A stretch of DNA of 64,000 bases from contig OZ219802.1 of assembly GCA_964291655.2 (NCBI GenBank), positions 544,001-608,000 on the forward strand. The letters run 5' to 3'. The position numbers and the translations under genes were made by a program. The notes under the pieces were generated by a model. The model was not told the origin of the DNA, searched no databases, and was given only the letters and a program-made list of their open reading frames with translations. The DNA comes from Chloroflexota bacterium. Lineage in GTDB: Bacteria; Chloroflexota; UBA11872; VXOZ01. Every line of letters begins with the position of its first letter. The first letter of the stretch is position 1. Below, piece after piece: positions 41,031 to 52,012 of this stretch.

Positions 41031-43454
41031 ATGAGCCGCGTGAAAATCAGATCTACATTAGCAGTGTTGTTGAGCAGCATGTTGTTGTTCACGGCGTGCG
41101 TTCCTTCGCTGCCGTTCATTTCGGGTGATGGCGAGGAAGAGGTAGTTGTCGCGCGACCGGTCACAAGCCTGGAACGACCCACGGTCACGGTAGAGCGCGG
41201 CTCGATCATCGATGCGGTTCGCGTGCTCGGACGTGTGGTGGCCGAGAGTGAAGAGAGCCTCTTCTTTAAACAGAACGGTCGCCTGAAGGGCATTTATGTC
41301 CAATACAATCAGGAGGTCGTACAAGGCACGTTACTTGCGGACTTGGAAACCGGCGACCTGGAGACTCAGATTCAGAATTCAGAACTCTCCTTGCAGGACA
41401 CGGAACGCAACCTCATCACGGCGCGCACGCAAGCCGCAACGGGCCAAGCGGACGTTACGCTCGCGAAAATTGCCGTAGATCAGGCAGAGCGTGACCTCGA
41501 AGATGCTCGCGAAGCTCTCGTCGAGGCCCAGGGAGGTCCCACCGCCCTGGAGTTCGCCCAGGCACAGACCACCTACACCAAGGCGGCCGCCGACGTTGCC
41601 GCCCTGGAGAACGCCCTTAAAATCGCCCAAGCCGAATTAGAGCGAGCGGAGCAGGATCTCCTAGATTACTTTGGCGGCGCTCCGGTAGACCTCAAAGTGC
41701 AGCGGGAACTGGCGCTGAGCAATGCAGAAGAAGCTGTTCGCGCCGCACAGACGCGCCTTGAACAGCTTCAGTCCGGCAATCCCGATACCCAAGTCTTGTC
41801 CCAAACGGCAAGTCTTAGGGCGAGAGAGCAGGCGTTGGAGACAGCCAACCAAGCTGTAGAAAGAGAACGGAAGAGACTGAAGGATGAAATAGATGCTGAG
41901 CTAAAATCATATCGAAACGATCTCATCGAGACATCAAATGACATCGAAGATGAGCTTGACGAATTGTTCGACGCCATTAAACATTTGGGAAGACGGGCCC
42001 CAGGCGCCCGGGATGCGTTTGATGCCTTGCTGGACGAGCTTGATCAGGTGCAAAGTGACCTCCGCGACGCGATGGTTGAGGATATAGACGAGGCGCAACA
42101 CCAGCAGGAGCTGGAGGCTTTCCTCGATCAGCTTGATCTCATGGCTATCGTAGATGCGCTTGAATCTGATACCGCGCCGGATGAGGCCGGCGAGGAAGCG
42201 CCGATCTTGGAAGAAGGACTCTTAGGCGCGGAACTCGCCCGTCAGGCTTTTGAGATAGTGCGGATGGGCCTTCTGCAAGCAAAGGCAGCTGGCAGCAGTC
42301 TGTCAACCACCAAATCCAGGCTCAATGCGGCGCAGGAAGAACTAGATGTATATGGGGAGCTAAGAGCGGAAGTAGAAGAGGAAGTCGACACACTCACTCT
42401 GCAACTCTTCTCCCCGCCGCCGCAAGGCACAGAAATGGCGATCCTGTGGACAAGTCGCGAAAAAGCCAAGCTGGATCTACAGTCTGCGCAACTTGCTTTG
42501 GACCAAGAGAAATCGCAGGCGAGCGAGTCTGTGCCTGTCGCGCAGTCCGGGCTGGACAGGGCCCGCTTCGAGTTGGAGCAAGCGCGGGAGGCGCTTGAAA
42601 ACATTGAGCAAGATCTGGCAAGCATATACCACTCTGCGGAATTGAATTTCAATGCTTCCCAGGCTGCGGTGAATAAGGCCAAGGCTGACTTGGATATCGC
42701 CCAGGAAGCGTGGGATATTGTGCAATCAGGTCTCGATCCTGAAAAAGTGCGAAACGCCGAAATCAGCGTTGCCAGCAAGGAAGCGGCCCTCATAAAGGCC
42801 CAGGCGGCCCATGAGCAAGCCTTGATCAATGCCTCAGACGCCGGCAACGTTACGAAGCTGGAGAATGACCTCAAGCGTGCCCGGGCAAATCACGAGTTAC
42901 TGCTCGAACGGCTCGAGGATGCGCGGCTCGTGGCGCCGTTTGATGGTGTTATCCAATTCATCTCAGGGAAGGCGGGCGAGCCGGTCAGCGCCTACGGTCC
43001 CATCATCGGGCTTGCAGACCCCACCATACTCATCGTCACTGCAGACCTTTCGGAAGATGACACGCCGAAAGTTGCCTTGGACCAAGTGGCAGACCTCACC
43101 CTGGATGCATTCCCGTCCGTGGTGCTGAAAGGCATTATTACCAAGCTCCCCACGTCCCTCGTTACCACACAGGGCGTAATTCAGGACCGCTCGATTCGCA
43201 TGGATGTGAATTGGCCGCAAGCAGGCGCGGAAATTGGCATGCTCGCGCGCGTTACAATCACCGTGCAGCATAAGGACGACGTGCTCAAGGTGCCAATTGA
43301 GTCAGTAAAGCGCTCCGGCAGACGTACGTTCGTCGAATTCATGGATGGCGACATCAAACGCGCCAAGAACGTCGAGATTGGGATCCAGACCGAGACAGAG
43401 GTGGAAATACTTAGCGGTCTCGAAGAAGGCTTCGTAATCCTGCAAGGCCAGTAG
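41031..43454 (+). CDS. Efflux periplasmic-adaptor (MFP/HlyD-type) lipoprotein with a very long helical insertion
   Basis: Lipobox-like FTAC; lipoyl half-motifs (FKQNGRL..V..G..LA and APFDGV), VLKVP and VEILSGLEEG; ~530 aa helical middle. Confidence 0.85.
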   Translation: MSRVKIRSTLAVLLSSMLLFTACVPSLPFISGDGEEEVVVARPVTSLERPTVTVERGSIIDAVRVLGRVVAESEESLFFKQNGRLKGIYVQYNQEVVQGTLLADLETGDLETQIQNSELSLQDTERNLITARTQAATGQADVTLAKIAVDQAERDLEDAREALVEAQGGPTALEFAQAQTTYTKAAADVAALENALKIAQAELERAEQDLLDYFGGAPVDLKVQRELALSNAEEAVRAAQTRLEQLQSGNPDTQVLSQTASLRAREQALETANQAVERERKRLKDEIDAELKSYRNDLIETSNDIEDELDELFDAIKHLGRRAPGARDAFDALLDELDQVQSDLRDAMVEDIDEAQHQQELEAFLDQLDLMAIVDALESDTAPDEAGEEAPILEEGLLGAELARQAFEIVRMGLLQAKAAGSSLSTTKSRLNAAQEELDVYGELRAEVEEEVDTLTLQLFSPPPQGTEMAILWTSREKAKLDLQSAQLALDQEKSQASESVPVAQSGLDRARFELEQAREALENIEQDLASIYHSAELNFNASQAAVNKAKADLDIAQEAWDIVQSGLDPEKVRNAEISVASKEAALIKAQAAHEQALINASDAGNVTKLENDLKRARANHELLLERLEDARLVAPFDGVIQFISGKAGEPVSAYGPIIGLADPTILIVTADLSEDDTPKVALDQVADLTLDAFPSVVLKGIITKLPTSLVTTQGVIQDRSIRMDVNWPQAGAEIGMLARVTITVQHKDDVLKVPIESVKRSGRRTFVEFMDGDIKRAKNVEIGIQTETEVEILSGLEEGFVILQGQ

Positions 43455-43618
43455 ATTTCGAGAGTTGCAAGGAGCTCAGACCACCATTCTCTGGCCTCAG
43501 GCTCCAGGGTATCTGCTTGAGAGTTTCGGATGCAATTTGAGACGCGCGCAAGAGATCGAACCATGATTCCTATGAATGCCTCAGTGACGAGAATTTCTCC
43601 AATTCCAGGGGGAACCAG

Positions 43619-46408
43619 TTGACCTACTCTATCCTGGTCCTAGTCACCAAGCGTCTGCTCAATAACATCAATATCGTCTTCTCCACCATTCTCGGCTTGG
43701 TGGTCACGGTGACGCTGGTGTCGAGCGTGCCGCTTTACTCAGAAGGCATGAGCGAAATGCTCTTGCACCGCGCGCTGCGCGATACTGAGTCGCGCCAGGC
43801 GCAACCCCGGGCCAGTCTTCTCATCCGCAAATTTGAGCAGAAGAACGAGACGAACATCTCGCTCCTGCAATACCAACAGGCCGACGAGTACATGCGGGTA
43901 ACGGCGCCTACAGAGATGGGCATCCCGCTCCTTCTCTCAACCCGCTATGGGCAGACCGAGCACATGCCCATCCTCACAAAAGGCGATGACATTGACTTGA
44001 CATCGCGCCAGTTCGCCGATTGGGGCTTTATCGCCTTTGCCACTGACTTCGATAAGCACATCCGCATTCTGGAGGGACGCTACGCAGAACCTGCTCAGTC
44101 CGGCGATCCGTATATCGAAGCAATAATCATGACGGAAAAGATGGATGCCATCGGCGCAGAAGTTGGCGACCATCTGATCACCGTCTACCGTGGCCCCGGT
44201 GGTGAACCGGAACCAATTGAAATAAAGATTGTGGGCCGGTGGTTTCCCAACGATCCTAACGAAATCTATTGGTTCTACCACCCGCAATACTTTAAGGAAG
44301 GTCTCATGGTTCCGGACGAGACCTTCGTTGGCGTGATCCTCACCGACTGGGAAGAGATCGGCTATGAGTACACCTGGTTTTCGGTCTTTGATGTCGACGC
44401 CATCAATGCGAGCAATGCCAGGTCGATTATTACCGGAATCAGCGAGATTCGTTCCAATCTGGGCACGATACTCGGCAAAGTGAAGATCGATATTTCCCCC
44501 GAAGACATCCTGTTGCGGTACTTACGCGACCTTTTCTTCCTTAAGATTCTGCTCTTCATTCTTTCCGCGCCCGTGATTGGCATTGTGCTTTACTACATAG
44601 GCATCGCCTCTTCGATGGTCGTTGACCGCCAGCGCAACGAAATTGCGGTGCTCAAGAGCCGGGGCGCGAGCACCTGGCAAATAATCGGCATTTACTTGCT
44701 CGAAGGGGGCATGATCGGAATCTTGGCGCTCGTGGTTGGACCGGTCTTGGGAGTGTATCTGGCCCAACTCATCGCGCGAACATACACGTTCCTCACGTTC
44801 ATCGGTCGCGACCCATTGCCCATCACCATCACGACCAGTACCTTCAATTACGCGCTGGCCGCTATCGCGCTCTCCATTGGCGCGGCGCTCATGCCTGCGG
44901 CTGCCACGGCAAGGCACAGCATCGTCACATTTAAGCAGGAAGCCTCGCGCAAGTTACGCAGGCCTTGGTGGCAACGCTTCTTCTTGGATATCCTTCTCTT
45001 GGGGCTATCGGTCTACGGCTATCGCTTGTTACAAGATCAGCGCCAGGTCGTCGTACTAGGTGAAGAGGGCAACGTCTTTTCAAATCCCCTTCTGCTTATC
45101 GTGCCCTCGGTCTTCATGTTCGGGATGGCGCTATTGTTCGTGCGGCTCTTCCCCTATATCGTCGAGTTGGTAACGCGACTCGGGAATCGACTGTGGGGCG
45201 TATCCATTCTCTTAGGGTTGCGCCACATCTCTCGCTCTGCGGGTCAATACAACAGCTTGCTCTTGCTGCTGGTACTGACGCTGGCTATTGGGACGTTTAG
45301 TGCTTCCGTAGCAGCGACCCTTACGCGGAATCATTCCGACTCCGTCTACTATCGCATTGGCGCCGATATGGCATTTTACGAATCCGGCGACTATGACGAG
45401 GAGCTGGAACAGTGGTATATTGCTCCCTTCTCCGATCACTTGCTGCTCGATGAAGTCAAGGCAGCCGCCCGCGTTTGGGATAGCAAGGGTAACGCCATTC
45501 TGCCGGACCGCGCCACGCCTGAAATTCAAATTGTCGCCATAGATCCATGGGATGCCGTAAACGTAATGTACTGGCGTCCTGACTTTGCCCATCGGTCGCT
45601 GGTTACATTAATGAATGAGCTTGCCGCGCAGCCGGACGCACTTCTGGCCAGCGCCAACTTCATGATCGACCATAAGCTTAAGGTCGGCGACCGGGTCCGC
45701 ATCAATTTGCGGCAGCAACAGATCGACTTTGTGATTGTTGACTGGGTAGACTATTTTCCCACCCAGTTCCCGGACACCGATTACTTCGCCGTTGCAAACC
45801 TGGACTACATATTTGACAATATCGGCCTTGGCCCATATGACGCTTGGGTGAAGACTGAGGCGGGTGCCGACATCGAGGCCATGGAAGAAAAGCTCCGCGA
45901 CCTGGAATTCATTGTCGTGCGGACGCAAGATACCCGCGAGAGAGTCATATCCCAGCGCGATGATCCCCGCCGAACCGGCGTGTTTGGTATGCTGACCGTG
46001 GGATTCTTGATCGCTATTCTGCTTACTATTCTTGGCTTTCTTACGTATTCGTTGCTTTCGTTCCAACGTCGAATGCAGGACTTTGGCATTTTACGCGCCA
46101 TGGGACTCTCCATACGGCAATTGATCAGCCTGTATATCTTTGAGCAGGGCTTCCTCATAGTCATGGGAGTTGCCATCGGCACCGTTTTCGGGGTGACAGC
46201 GGGACGCATCTTTATACCCTTCCTTCAGATCAAGACCGGCGAACATGCCAATATCCCATCATTTGTCGTGATCACTGCTTGGGCCGACATTGCGAAGATC
46301 TACCTAATTCTGGCGGTAATTCTTGCCATCGCGGTGCCTGTGATCATCTCCATGCTCTCCCGTATGCGCATTCACGAAGCAATTAAGTTTGGGGAAGAAC
46401 AGGGATGA
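43619..46408 (+). CDS. ABC exporter permease (double FtsX/MacB-like)
   Basis: QRNEIAVLKSRGAS and DFGILRAMGLS motifs; many TMs and two large extracytoplasmic loops. Confidence 0.9.
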   Translation: MTYSILVLVTKRLLNNINIVFSTILGLVVTVTLVSSVPLYSEGMSEMLLHRALRDTESRQAQPRASLLIRKFEQKNETNISLLQYQQADEYMRVTAPTEMGIPLLLSTRYGQTEHMPILTKGDDIDLTSRQFADWGFIAFATDFDKHIRILEGRYAEPAQSGDPYIEAIIMTEKMDAIGAEVGDHLITVYRGPGGEPEPIEIKIVGRWFPNDPNEIYWFYHPQYFKEGLMVPDETFVGVILTDWEEIGYEYTWFSVFDVDAINASNARSIITGISEIRSNLGTILGKVKIDISPEDILLRYLRDLFFLKILLFILSAPVIGIVLYYIGIASSMVVDRQRNEIAVLKSRGASTWQIIGIYLLEGGMIGILALVVGPVLGVYLAQLIARTYTFLTFIGRDPLPITITTSTFNYALAAIALSIGAALMPAAATARHSIVTFKQEASRKLRRPWWQRFFLDILLLGLSVYGYRLLQDQRQVVVLGEEGNVFSNPLLLIVPSVFMFGMALLFVRLFPYIVELVTRLGNRLWGVSILLGLRHISRSAGQYNSLLLLLVLTLAIGTFSASVAATLTRNHSDSVYYRIGADMAFYESGDYDEELEQWYIAPFSDHLLLDEVKAAARVWDSKGNAILPDRATPEIQIVAIDPWDAVNVMYWRPDFAHRSLVTLMNELAAQPDALLASANFMIDHKLKVGDRVRINLRQQQIDFVIVDWVDYFPTQFPDTDYFAVANLDYIFDNIGLGPYDAWVKTEAGADIEAMEEKLRDLEFIVVRTQDTRERVISQRDDPRRTGVFGMLTVGFLIAILLTILGFLTYSLLSFQRRMQDFGILRAMGLSIRQLISLYIFEQGFLIVMGVAIGTVFGVTAGRIFIPFLQIKTGEHANIPSFVVITAWADIAKIYLILAVILAIAVPVIISMLSRMRIHEAIKFGEEQG

Positions 46409-47349
46409 AAAAGATACCGCCGCTACCCGAACGTGGCGAGCCATTCATCATCTGTGACAATCTGGTCAAGATCTATAAAGTCGCGGACCTGGAGGTTGTT
46501 GCCTTGCAGGGCCTTGATTTGGAAGTGGGCCGCGGCGAAATCATGGCGATCATTGGCAACTCCGGTAGCGGCAAATCAACGCTCCTCAATACACTGGGAG
46601 GACTTGACCGGCCAAGCGCCGGCAGCCTCACAATCGGTAGCCTCAACCTCATCAAGATGTCGGACAACGACCTCGTCTGGTATAAGCGGCACATGGTGGG
46701 CTTCGTGTGGCAGCAGAGCTCCCGCAACCTAATCTCATATCTAACAGCGCTAGAGAACGTCCAAATGCCTTTGATTATTTCAGGTATGCCAACCAAGAAG
46801 CGCGAAGCGAGAGCGACCGAGTTGCTCGAGGCCGTGGGCTTAGGGCACCGGTTGCGGCATCGCGTGGGACAGCTGTCCGGCGGCGAGCAGCAGCGTGTCG
46901 CCATCTCCATCTCGCTGGCGCTCTCTCCGCCGCTCTTGCTTGCAGATGAACCCACAGGTGAGGTTGATACCCAGACCGCCAGCACGATCTATGATACGTT
47001 TCGCCGTATCAACGAGGAATTCGGCACCACGATTATCATCGTTAGCCACGACCCAAACGTGGCCTATCGCGTAGACCGGGTCGTTGCCATTCGCGATGGC
47101 CGCACCAGTACCGAGACAGTGCGCCGCATTAGCCTGGAGGAAGGCCAAGAAGCCATCAGCCACGATGAGTACGTCGTGCTTGATTCCGCCGGTCGTCTTC
47201 AGATTCCGCAGGAGTACCTAGAGCAATTTGGCATTCGCGACCGCGCCATAGTAGAAATGTCAGACGATGGCATTGTCGTGAAACCGGCGTATTCTTCCTC
47301 CGATGAGGAGGAGGAGAAAAAGGGGCTACGCGGCCTACTGCGCCGGTAG
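46405..47349 (+). CDS. ABC transporter ATP-binding protein with a C-terminal AbrB-like extension
   Basis: GNSGSGKS, LSGGEQQR and LLADEPTG motifs; tail VVLDSAGRLQIP. Confidence 0.92.
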   Translation: MKKIPPLPERGEPFIICDNLVKIYKVADLEVVALQGLDLEVGRGEIMAIIGNSGSGKSTLLNTLGGLDRPSAGSLTIGSLNLIKMSDNDLVWYKRHMVGFVWQQSSRNLISYLTALENVQMPLIISGMPTKKREARATELLEAVGLGHRLRHRVGQLSGGEQQRVAISISLALSPPLLLADEPTGEVDTQTASTIYDTFRRINEEFGTTIIIVSHDPNVAYRVDRVVAIRDGRTSTETVRRISLEEGQEAISHDEYVVLDSAGRLQIPQEYLEQFGIRDRAIVEMSDDGIVVKPAYSSSDEEEEKKGLRGLLRR

Positions 47350-47410
47350 ATCGCCGCCTTTTCGGCCCTCCTCGTGATAGTGCAAACCGTTCAGAGACCA
47401 GTAGAGGTAG

Positions 47411-48214
47411 ATGGAAGACATGGCACAACCCATTGCAATCGCCGAAGAGGTATCTCGCGTCTACCATGTCGGCCGTGAGGATGTGTACGCCGTGCGGCAG
47501 GCGAACTGGCAAATCGTTCCCGGCCGCCTTATTGCGCTGCAAGGACGCTCCGGCAGCGGCAAGACCACACTCCTCAACCTTGTCGGAGGATTGGATCGTC
47601 CTTCAGCCGGCATTATACGCATAATGGACAACGATACCCGGCAGATGAGCGACCGTGAACTCACTATGCTGCGGCGACACAAGATTGGCTTCATCTTCCA
47701 AGCCTTTGCCCTGCTGCCCGTGCTTTCTGCATACGAGAATGTTGAATTGCCGATGCGTATTGCGGGCATGGGAGCACGCAAGCGCCATCAGCGCGCGTTA
47801 GAACTCCTTGACCTGGTGGGGCTGACCAAGCGAGCTAGTCACCGTCCTTTCGAACTCTCCGGCGGCGAGCAGGGCCGTGTGGCCATTGCCCGTGCCCTCG
47901 CCAACCAACCGGCGCTGCTCCTCGCTGACGAGCCAACCGGCGACCTGGATAGCGTGACCGGACTTCAGATGATGCTCCTCTTTTCGCGTATTGTGCGCCA
48001 GGAAGGCGTTACGGTAGTCATGGCAACCCATGACCTCTCGGTACGTGACATCGCCGACGAGACATTCACGATGAGCGATGGCGTGCTCTCTCGCTGGCAC
48101 CCTTCACAAGAAGAACCCGACGAGACGATCAGCACCCTCATGCGCCAGGCCGAGTCGGGCGAGTGGCAGCAATCACAAGAGCAGCCACCCCAGCAGCCTT
48201 ATTCCGGTAGCTAG
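47411..48214 (+). CDS. ABC transporter ATP-binding protein (LolD/MacB-like)
   Basis: [16 protein letters not shown] and LLADEPTG motifs. Confidence 0.92.
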   Translation: MEDMAQPIAIAEEVSRVYHVGREDVYAVRQANWQIVPGRLIALQGRSGSGKTTLLNLVGGLDRPSAGIIRIMDNDTRQMSDRELTMLRRHKIGFIFQAFALLPVLSAYENVELPMRIAGMGARKRHQRALELLDLVGLTKRASHRPFELSGGEQGRVAIARALANQPALLLADEPTGDLDSVTGLQMMLLFSRIVRQEGVTVVMATHDLSVRDIADETFTMSDGVLSRWHPSQEEPDETISTLMRQAESGEWQQSQEQPPQQPYSGS

Positions 48215-48635
48215 ACCTCCCACGACATGATGACCCGCTGAAACTTGGCCTCTTGTGCCGTAGTCTCAACAACTGAGACCGCGTCGGCAGTGCCTCAACA
48301 ATTGTACGCTGCCAATCAAGCCACGACCCTATTCATCCAGCCCATAGCTGCATTCTGCTTCTGACTCAATCAGACAAGGGAAAGAGCATATCTGGACGGA
48401 GCAGCGATCGCACGCTATAGGGAAAGCTGAAACTTAGAATTCAAGGCACTTCACGGCCTGATTCTAGAACATTCAGTCTTTCGCACCAGCGCCGTTGCCC
48501 ACCTTCCTCCAACAGAGCCCAGCACAATTCCGGCCAAGATGCCCTCCCGCGCCAGCATCGAACAATCGCATCAGAAACTCCACGGCTAGTTGTACGGTGG
48601 GCTTGGTTTCGCTATCGTATAAATTATCCACCCTT

Positions 48636-48726
48636 GGAGAGGTGTCCGAGTGGTCGAAGGAGATCGTCTCGAAAACGATTACGCCCCAAAAGGGCGTCGT
48701 GGGTTCGAATCCCACCCTCTCCGCCA
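48636..48726 (+). tRNA. tRNA-Ser (anticodon CGA)
   Basis: GGAGAGG/CCTCTCC acceptor, anticodon loop CTCGAAA, long variable arm, GGTTCGAATCC, encoded CCA. Confidence 0.96.
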
Positions 48727-48799
48727 CGTTCTCTAAAGCAAGAAATACGGCCGGCCAGCCTGGGTGTATCAGGATTGTACGGCAGGCATGCGAGAAAAC

Positions 48800-49186
48800 A
48801 TGGAAAACTCTAAGCCTGAGTTCGTTCGTCTGATTCCAATTCTCTTCGTGAAAAACATTGAGTCAGAGACAGAATTCTATATGAGCTTGGGCTTTGAGAT
48901 TTCATATCAAGGCGACGAATTTCCAGGGTTTGTAGCTCTAAGAAACGGTGGTATTGAATTCGGTTTGGAAGAGCGAGCTAACGTCGATGCATCGAAAGTC
49001 AACGATAGCTTTTCCTGGCAAATGGAAGCCGACAACCTCAACAAAATCATAGCCATATGTCAGGCACGAAACATCAAGCACTCCAAGCCTCGCCAGTATT
49101 GGGAAGAGAGAGACGCCTGGGAAATGCAAGTACACACGCCAAATGGATACACCTTGAACATTGAGACACTTGGACATGAGCAGTAG
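48800..49186 (+). CDS. VOC/glyoxalase family protein
   Basis: LIPILFV..IE....FY..LGF and C-terminal TPNGYTL pattern. Confidence 0.75.
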   Translation: MENSKPEFVRLIPILFVKNIESETEFYMSLGFEISYQGDEFPGFVALRNGGIEFGLEERANVDASKVNDSFSWQMEADNLNKIIAICQARNIKHSKPRQYWEERDAWEMQVHTPNGYTLNIETLGHEQ

Positions 49187-49433
49187 ATGTTTCCAGTTTG
49201 GCGCCCAGCGCTCGAGCAGTTCTTCTCGGCCCGCCAAAGCGGGATTTGAGCTCAGTTTGATCCACTAATCTGCAATTAGCCCTGCCAACGCTTGCGTATC
49301 TAGCAGGAACGCACTTGTGGTCTGCTCCTGCTCATGTTGTGTCATCTGCATGCCCCCTGATTGCCCGCTTGACCTCTCCGGCTCACAGATTCCCTCTCCC
49401 AGGCATCCATCCAACATTTAGGAGCCTGAAATC

Positions 49434-49847
49434 ATGGATCGGGAGTCCAACGAATCACTGCCAACGCTCTTCCCGTATCTGAGCTACCGCGACGCGGCAG
49501 CAGCCCTCAAATGGCTAAGCGATGCCTTTGGTTTCACCACGATCATCGACTTCCGCGACCCGGATGGCAACGTTGTGCATGCGGAAATGAGTCTCGGCAA
49601 CGGCGCGATCATGCTCGGGACCTCAATCCCCGCACAACCCGGGGGGAGCAACCGACTTGCAGCGTTGGAACAAGGCATTTATGTGTTCGTCACCGATGTG
49701 GATGCCCACTATCGATGCGCCGCGTCTGCCGGAGCAAACATTGTCTTCCCTCCTGAAGACTCGGAATGGGGGTCCCGCAGATACCGCGCGCTTGATCCGG
49801 AAGGACACGAGTGGAGCTTTGGCAACTACCGGCCCTCGCCGACCTAA
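49434..49847 (+). CDS. VOC family (PhnB/bleomycin-resistance-like) protein
   Basis: PYLSYRDAAAALKWLSDAFGF, HAEM and WGSRRYRALDPEGHEW motifs. Confidence 0.88.
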   Translation: MDRESNESLPTLFPYLSYRDAAAALKWLSDAFGFTTIIDFRDPDGNVVHAEMSLGNGAIMLGTSIPAQPGGSNRLAALEQGIYVFVTDVDAHYRCAASAGANIVFPPEDSEWGSRRYRALDPEGHEWSFGNYRPSPT

Positions 49848-50312
49848 AGCAGATTAGCCTGATCACCGTCTCAGATCCTGCCGACGCCGCAGTTTCTGCA
49901 TCTCCCCCAAACTCTAAGTTGAGTAGCAGTCGTGATTGGCTCGGCATGCAGCGCATGGAGTTGGTCGACCAAAGACTTGCAGTGCAAACTGCTTGACGCG
50001 TCTGAATCAAAGTGGACGGGATGGGGCATGAATGCTGTCTATGAGGACTCATCTGCGCATAGCTGTGCATGTAGGCTCAAGCGAGCTGTTTCAGGCACGC
50101 AAGCCAATTTAACTCAAAGGGAGCCGGCTAAGGAAACCAGACTAAGACGACCAAGACCAGGATGTCCACAAAGTGGATCATCCTCGCTCCGTGGGCCCGC
50201 CCCCATTGACCGGCCGGATTTTGAAATCAACCCATCCAACGACTAGCGTGCACAGTTTTATGTAATGTAGAGATTCCCAAAATCTGCCGGATAAACTTGG
50301 AGGCGCAATGCA

Positions 50313-50879
50313 ATGGCAAACGACCAAGACCCTGACAAGCAGCCACTTTCCTACGCGGCATTCCTCCGGGGCATCAACGTGGGAGGGCGCCGGAAAATCA
50401 AAATGGCCGATTTGAGAGCGTCGTTCACCGAGTTGGGCTTTGAAAACGTCAAAACGGTGCTTGCGAGCGGCAACGTCCGCTTCGACGCGCCGGGAGCCGA
50501 TGAAGCTGAAGCCCGCACGGCAATCAAACAACGCCTATTGCAGGACTTCGGGCACAGTATCGGCGTGATCATCCGGCCACTTACGGAATTGCAGGCGCTG
50601 CTCGACACTAACCCCTTCAAAGCAGTGGCGACCACTGCACAAACAAAACTTTATGTCACTTTTCTCCCCGAGAGAGGTAACGGCGGCAGGGGCGCCTCAA
50701 CCCCTCTTCCTGACGGTTACACTATCGTGGGCGCTACCGTAAGGGAAGTCTGCAGCGTTCTCACGCTGGCCCAAGGGCGCAGCACAATTGATCTCATGGC
50801 TCACCTTGAGAAACAGTTCGGCAAAGATATTACAACGCGCACGTGGAACACGGTGACGCGGCTATTGAACGCATCCTAG
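50313..50879 (+). CDS. DUF1697 domain protein
   Basis: FLRGINVGG, IKMADLR, LASGNV and TTRTWNTV motifs. Confidence 0.9.
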   Translation: MANDQDPDKQPLSYAAFLRGINVGGRRKIKMADLRASFTELGFENVKTVLASGNVRFDAPGADEAEARTAIKQRLLQDFGHSIGVIIRPLTELQALLDTNPFKAVATTAQTKLYVTFLPERGNGGRGASTPLPDGYTIVGATVREVCSVLTLAQGRSTIDLMAHLEKQFGKDITTRTWNTVTRLLNAS

Positions 50880-51155
50880 CGGCAATCATGCTTCGCGGGC
50901 TGCAGGCATCGCCGCGCAGTTGCTGCCAGAGAAGTGGCAACTAAAGCATTTGCAAGCGCATAGGTGGTCCGATTTCGCTGAGCTGTCGTCCCTCCAACCT
51001 TGCCTCAGAAGCGGCTGCGGCCAGGCTCATCTTGCGATTAGGCTAATCACCAGAATAAGCTAGTTCTGGGACTCTCCTGATCGCTGAACTAGGCTACACT
51101 AATGTGCATGCACACACTTCTTTGGCAACCGCTAGGTGAATGAAGGGAAGTTCCT

Positions 51156-51548
51156 ATGTCACGAATCGTACACTTCGAGATACACGCCTCTGACCCGCAG
51201 CGCGCCATAGGCTTCTATGCCGGCGTCTTTGGGTGGCAGTTCCATCAATGGGAAGGCGGAGACGCGGACTATTGGCTCATCGTTACCGGGTCTGATGACG
51301 AGCCCGGCATCAATGGCGGCCTGGCCAGGCGGAGAGGCGACTCGCCGGAGGAATCCGCTGCCCTCAATAGTTACGCCTGTGTCGTCCAAGTCGAAGACCT
51401 CGACGCGACCCTAGAAAAGATCACGGCGGAGGGGGGCCTTATTGCCCTGCCGAAGTCCCCAGTGCCCGGGGTTGGCTGGGTTGGATACGCCAAAGACACG
51501 GAGGGCAACATCTTTGGGATGATGCAGCCGGATCCCGCCGCAGGTTAG
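51156..51548 (+). CDS. VOC/glyoxalase family protein
   Basis: IVHFEIHA, FYAGVFGW, PGINGG and KDTEGNIFG motifs. Confidence 0.9.
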   Translation: MSRIVHFEIHASDPQRAIGFYAGVFGWQFHQWEGGDADYWLIVTGSDDEPGINGGLARRRGDSPEESAALNSYACVVQVEDLDATLEKITAEGGLIALPKSPVPGVGWVGYAKDTEGNIFGMMQPDPAAG

Positions 51549-51582
51549 TTCTCTTGCGGTTATAGAGTAATCAACCCGCAAG

Positions 51583-51916
51583 AGTGGCACAGTCTCTCCG
51601 GAACACTTCCTGATCAGGCACAGCCCCCCTCGTGCAAGAGTTGGCCGCTCGTTTACGCAGTCTGGCGCGTGAAACTGTACCGGACGCCCCAGAGATTGCC
51701 TATCCCGGCTGGCACGGCCTTGGGTTCCGGCATCCAAAGTGGGGCTGCTTTTGTGGGATGTTCCCACGGGAAGTCAGCGTTCGACTGCTCTTCAAGAATG
51801 GCGCAATCATCCTCGACCCTGACGGCACTGTGGAAGGGTGTGGGAAGCAGACTCGCGACGTGCAATTTCGGCGGCGGGAAGATGCTCGGGTGCGGCCGTT
51901 CAAGCGACTGGCATGA
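51583..51916 (+). pseudogene. Probable DUF1801 (YdhG-like) pseudogene
   Basis: Core reads ELAARLRSL..VPDA.E..YPGW..LLF..G....DP; the upstream segment SPEHFLIRHSPP is one base out of frame across a C6 run (51624-51629); no good start codon and an early TGA. Confidence 0.55.
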
Positions 51917-52012
51917 ACAGCCTTGGACTCTAGGCAACACTGCGAATCATCCGACCGGCTCTATGCACCGGCAGCAACCGAAACAGCATGCTGCGTGACC
52001 GGAGATTCGTGC

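Noticed and set aside
51914-51916. TGA in the DUF1801-like gene as selenocysteine
   Set aside because: The gene also has a frameshift and the position is not a Cys-type motif; decay is the simpler explanation
48727-52000. Integron cassette array or integrative element at tRNA-Ser
   Set aside because: No integrase, no repeated attC-like sites and no duplicated tRNA 3' end were found
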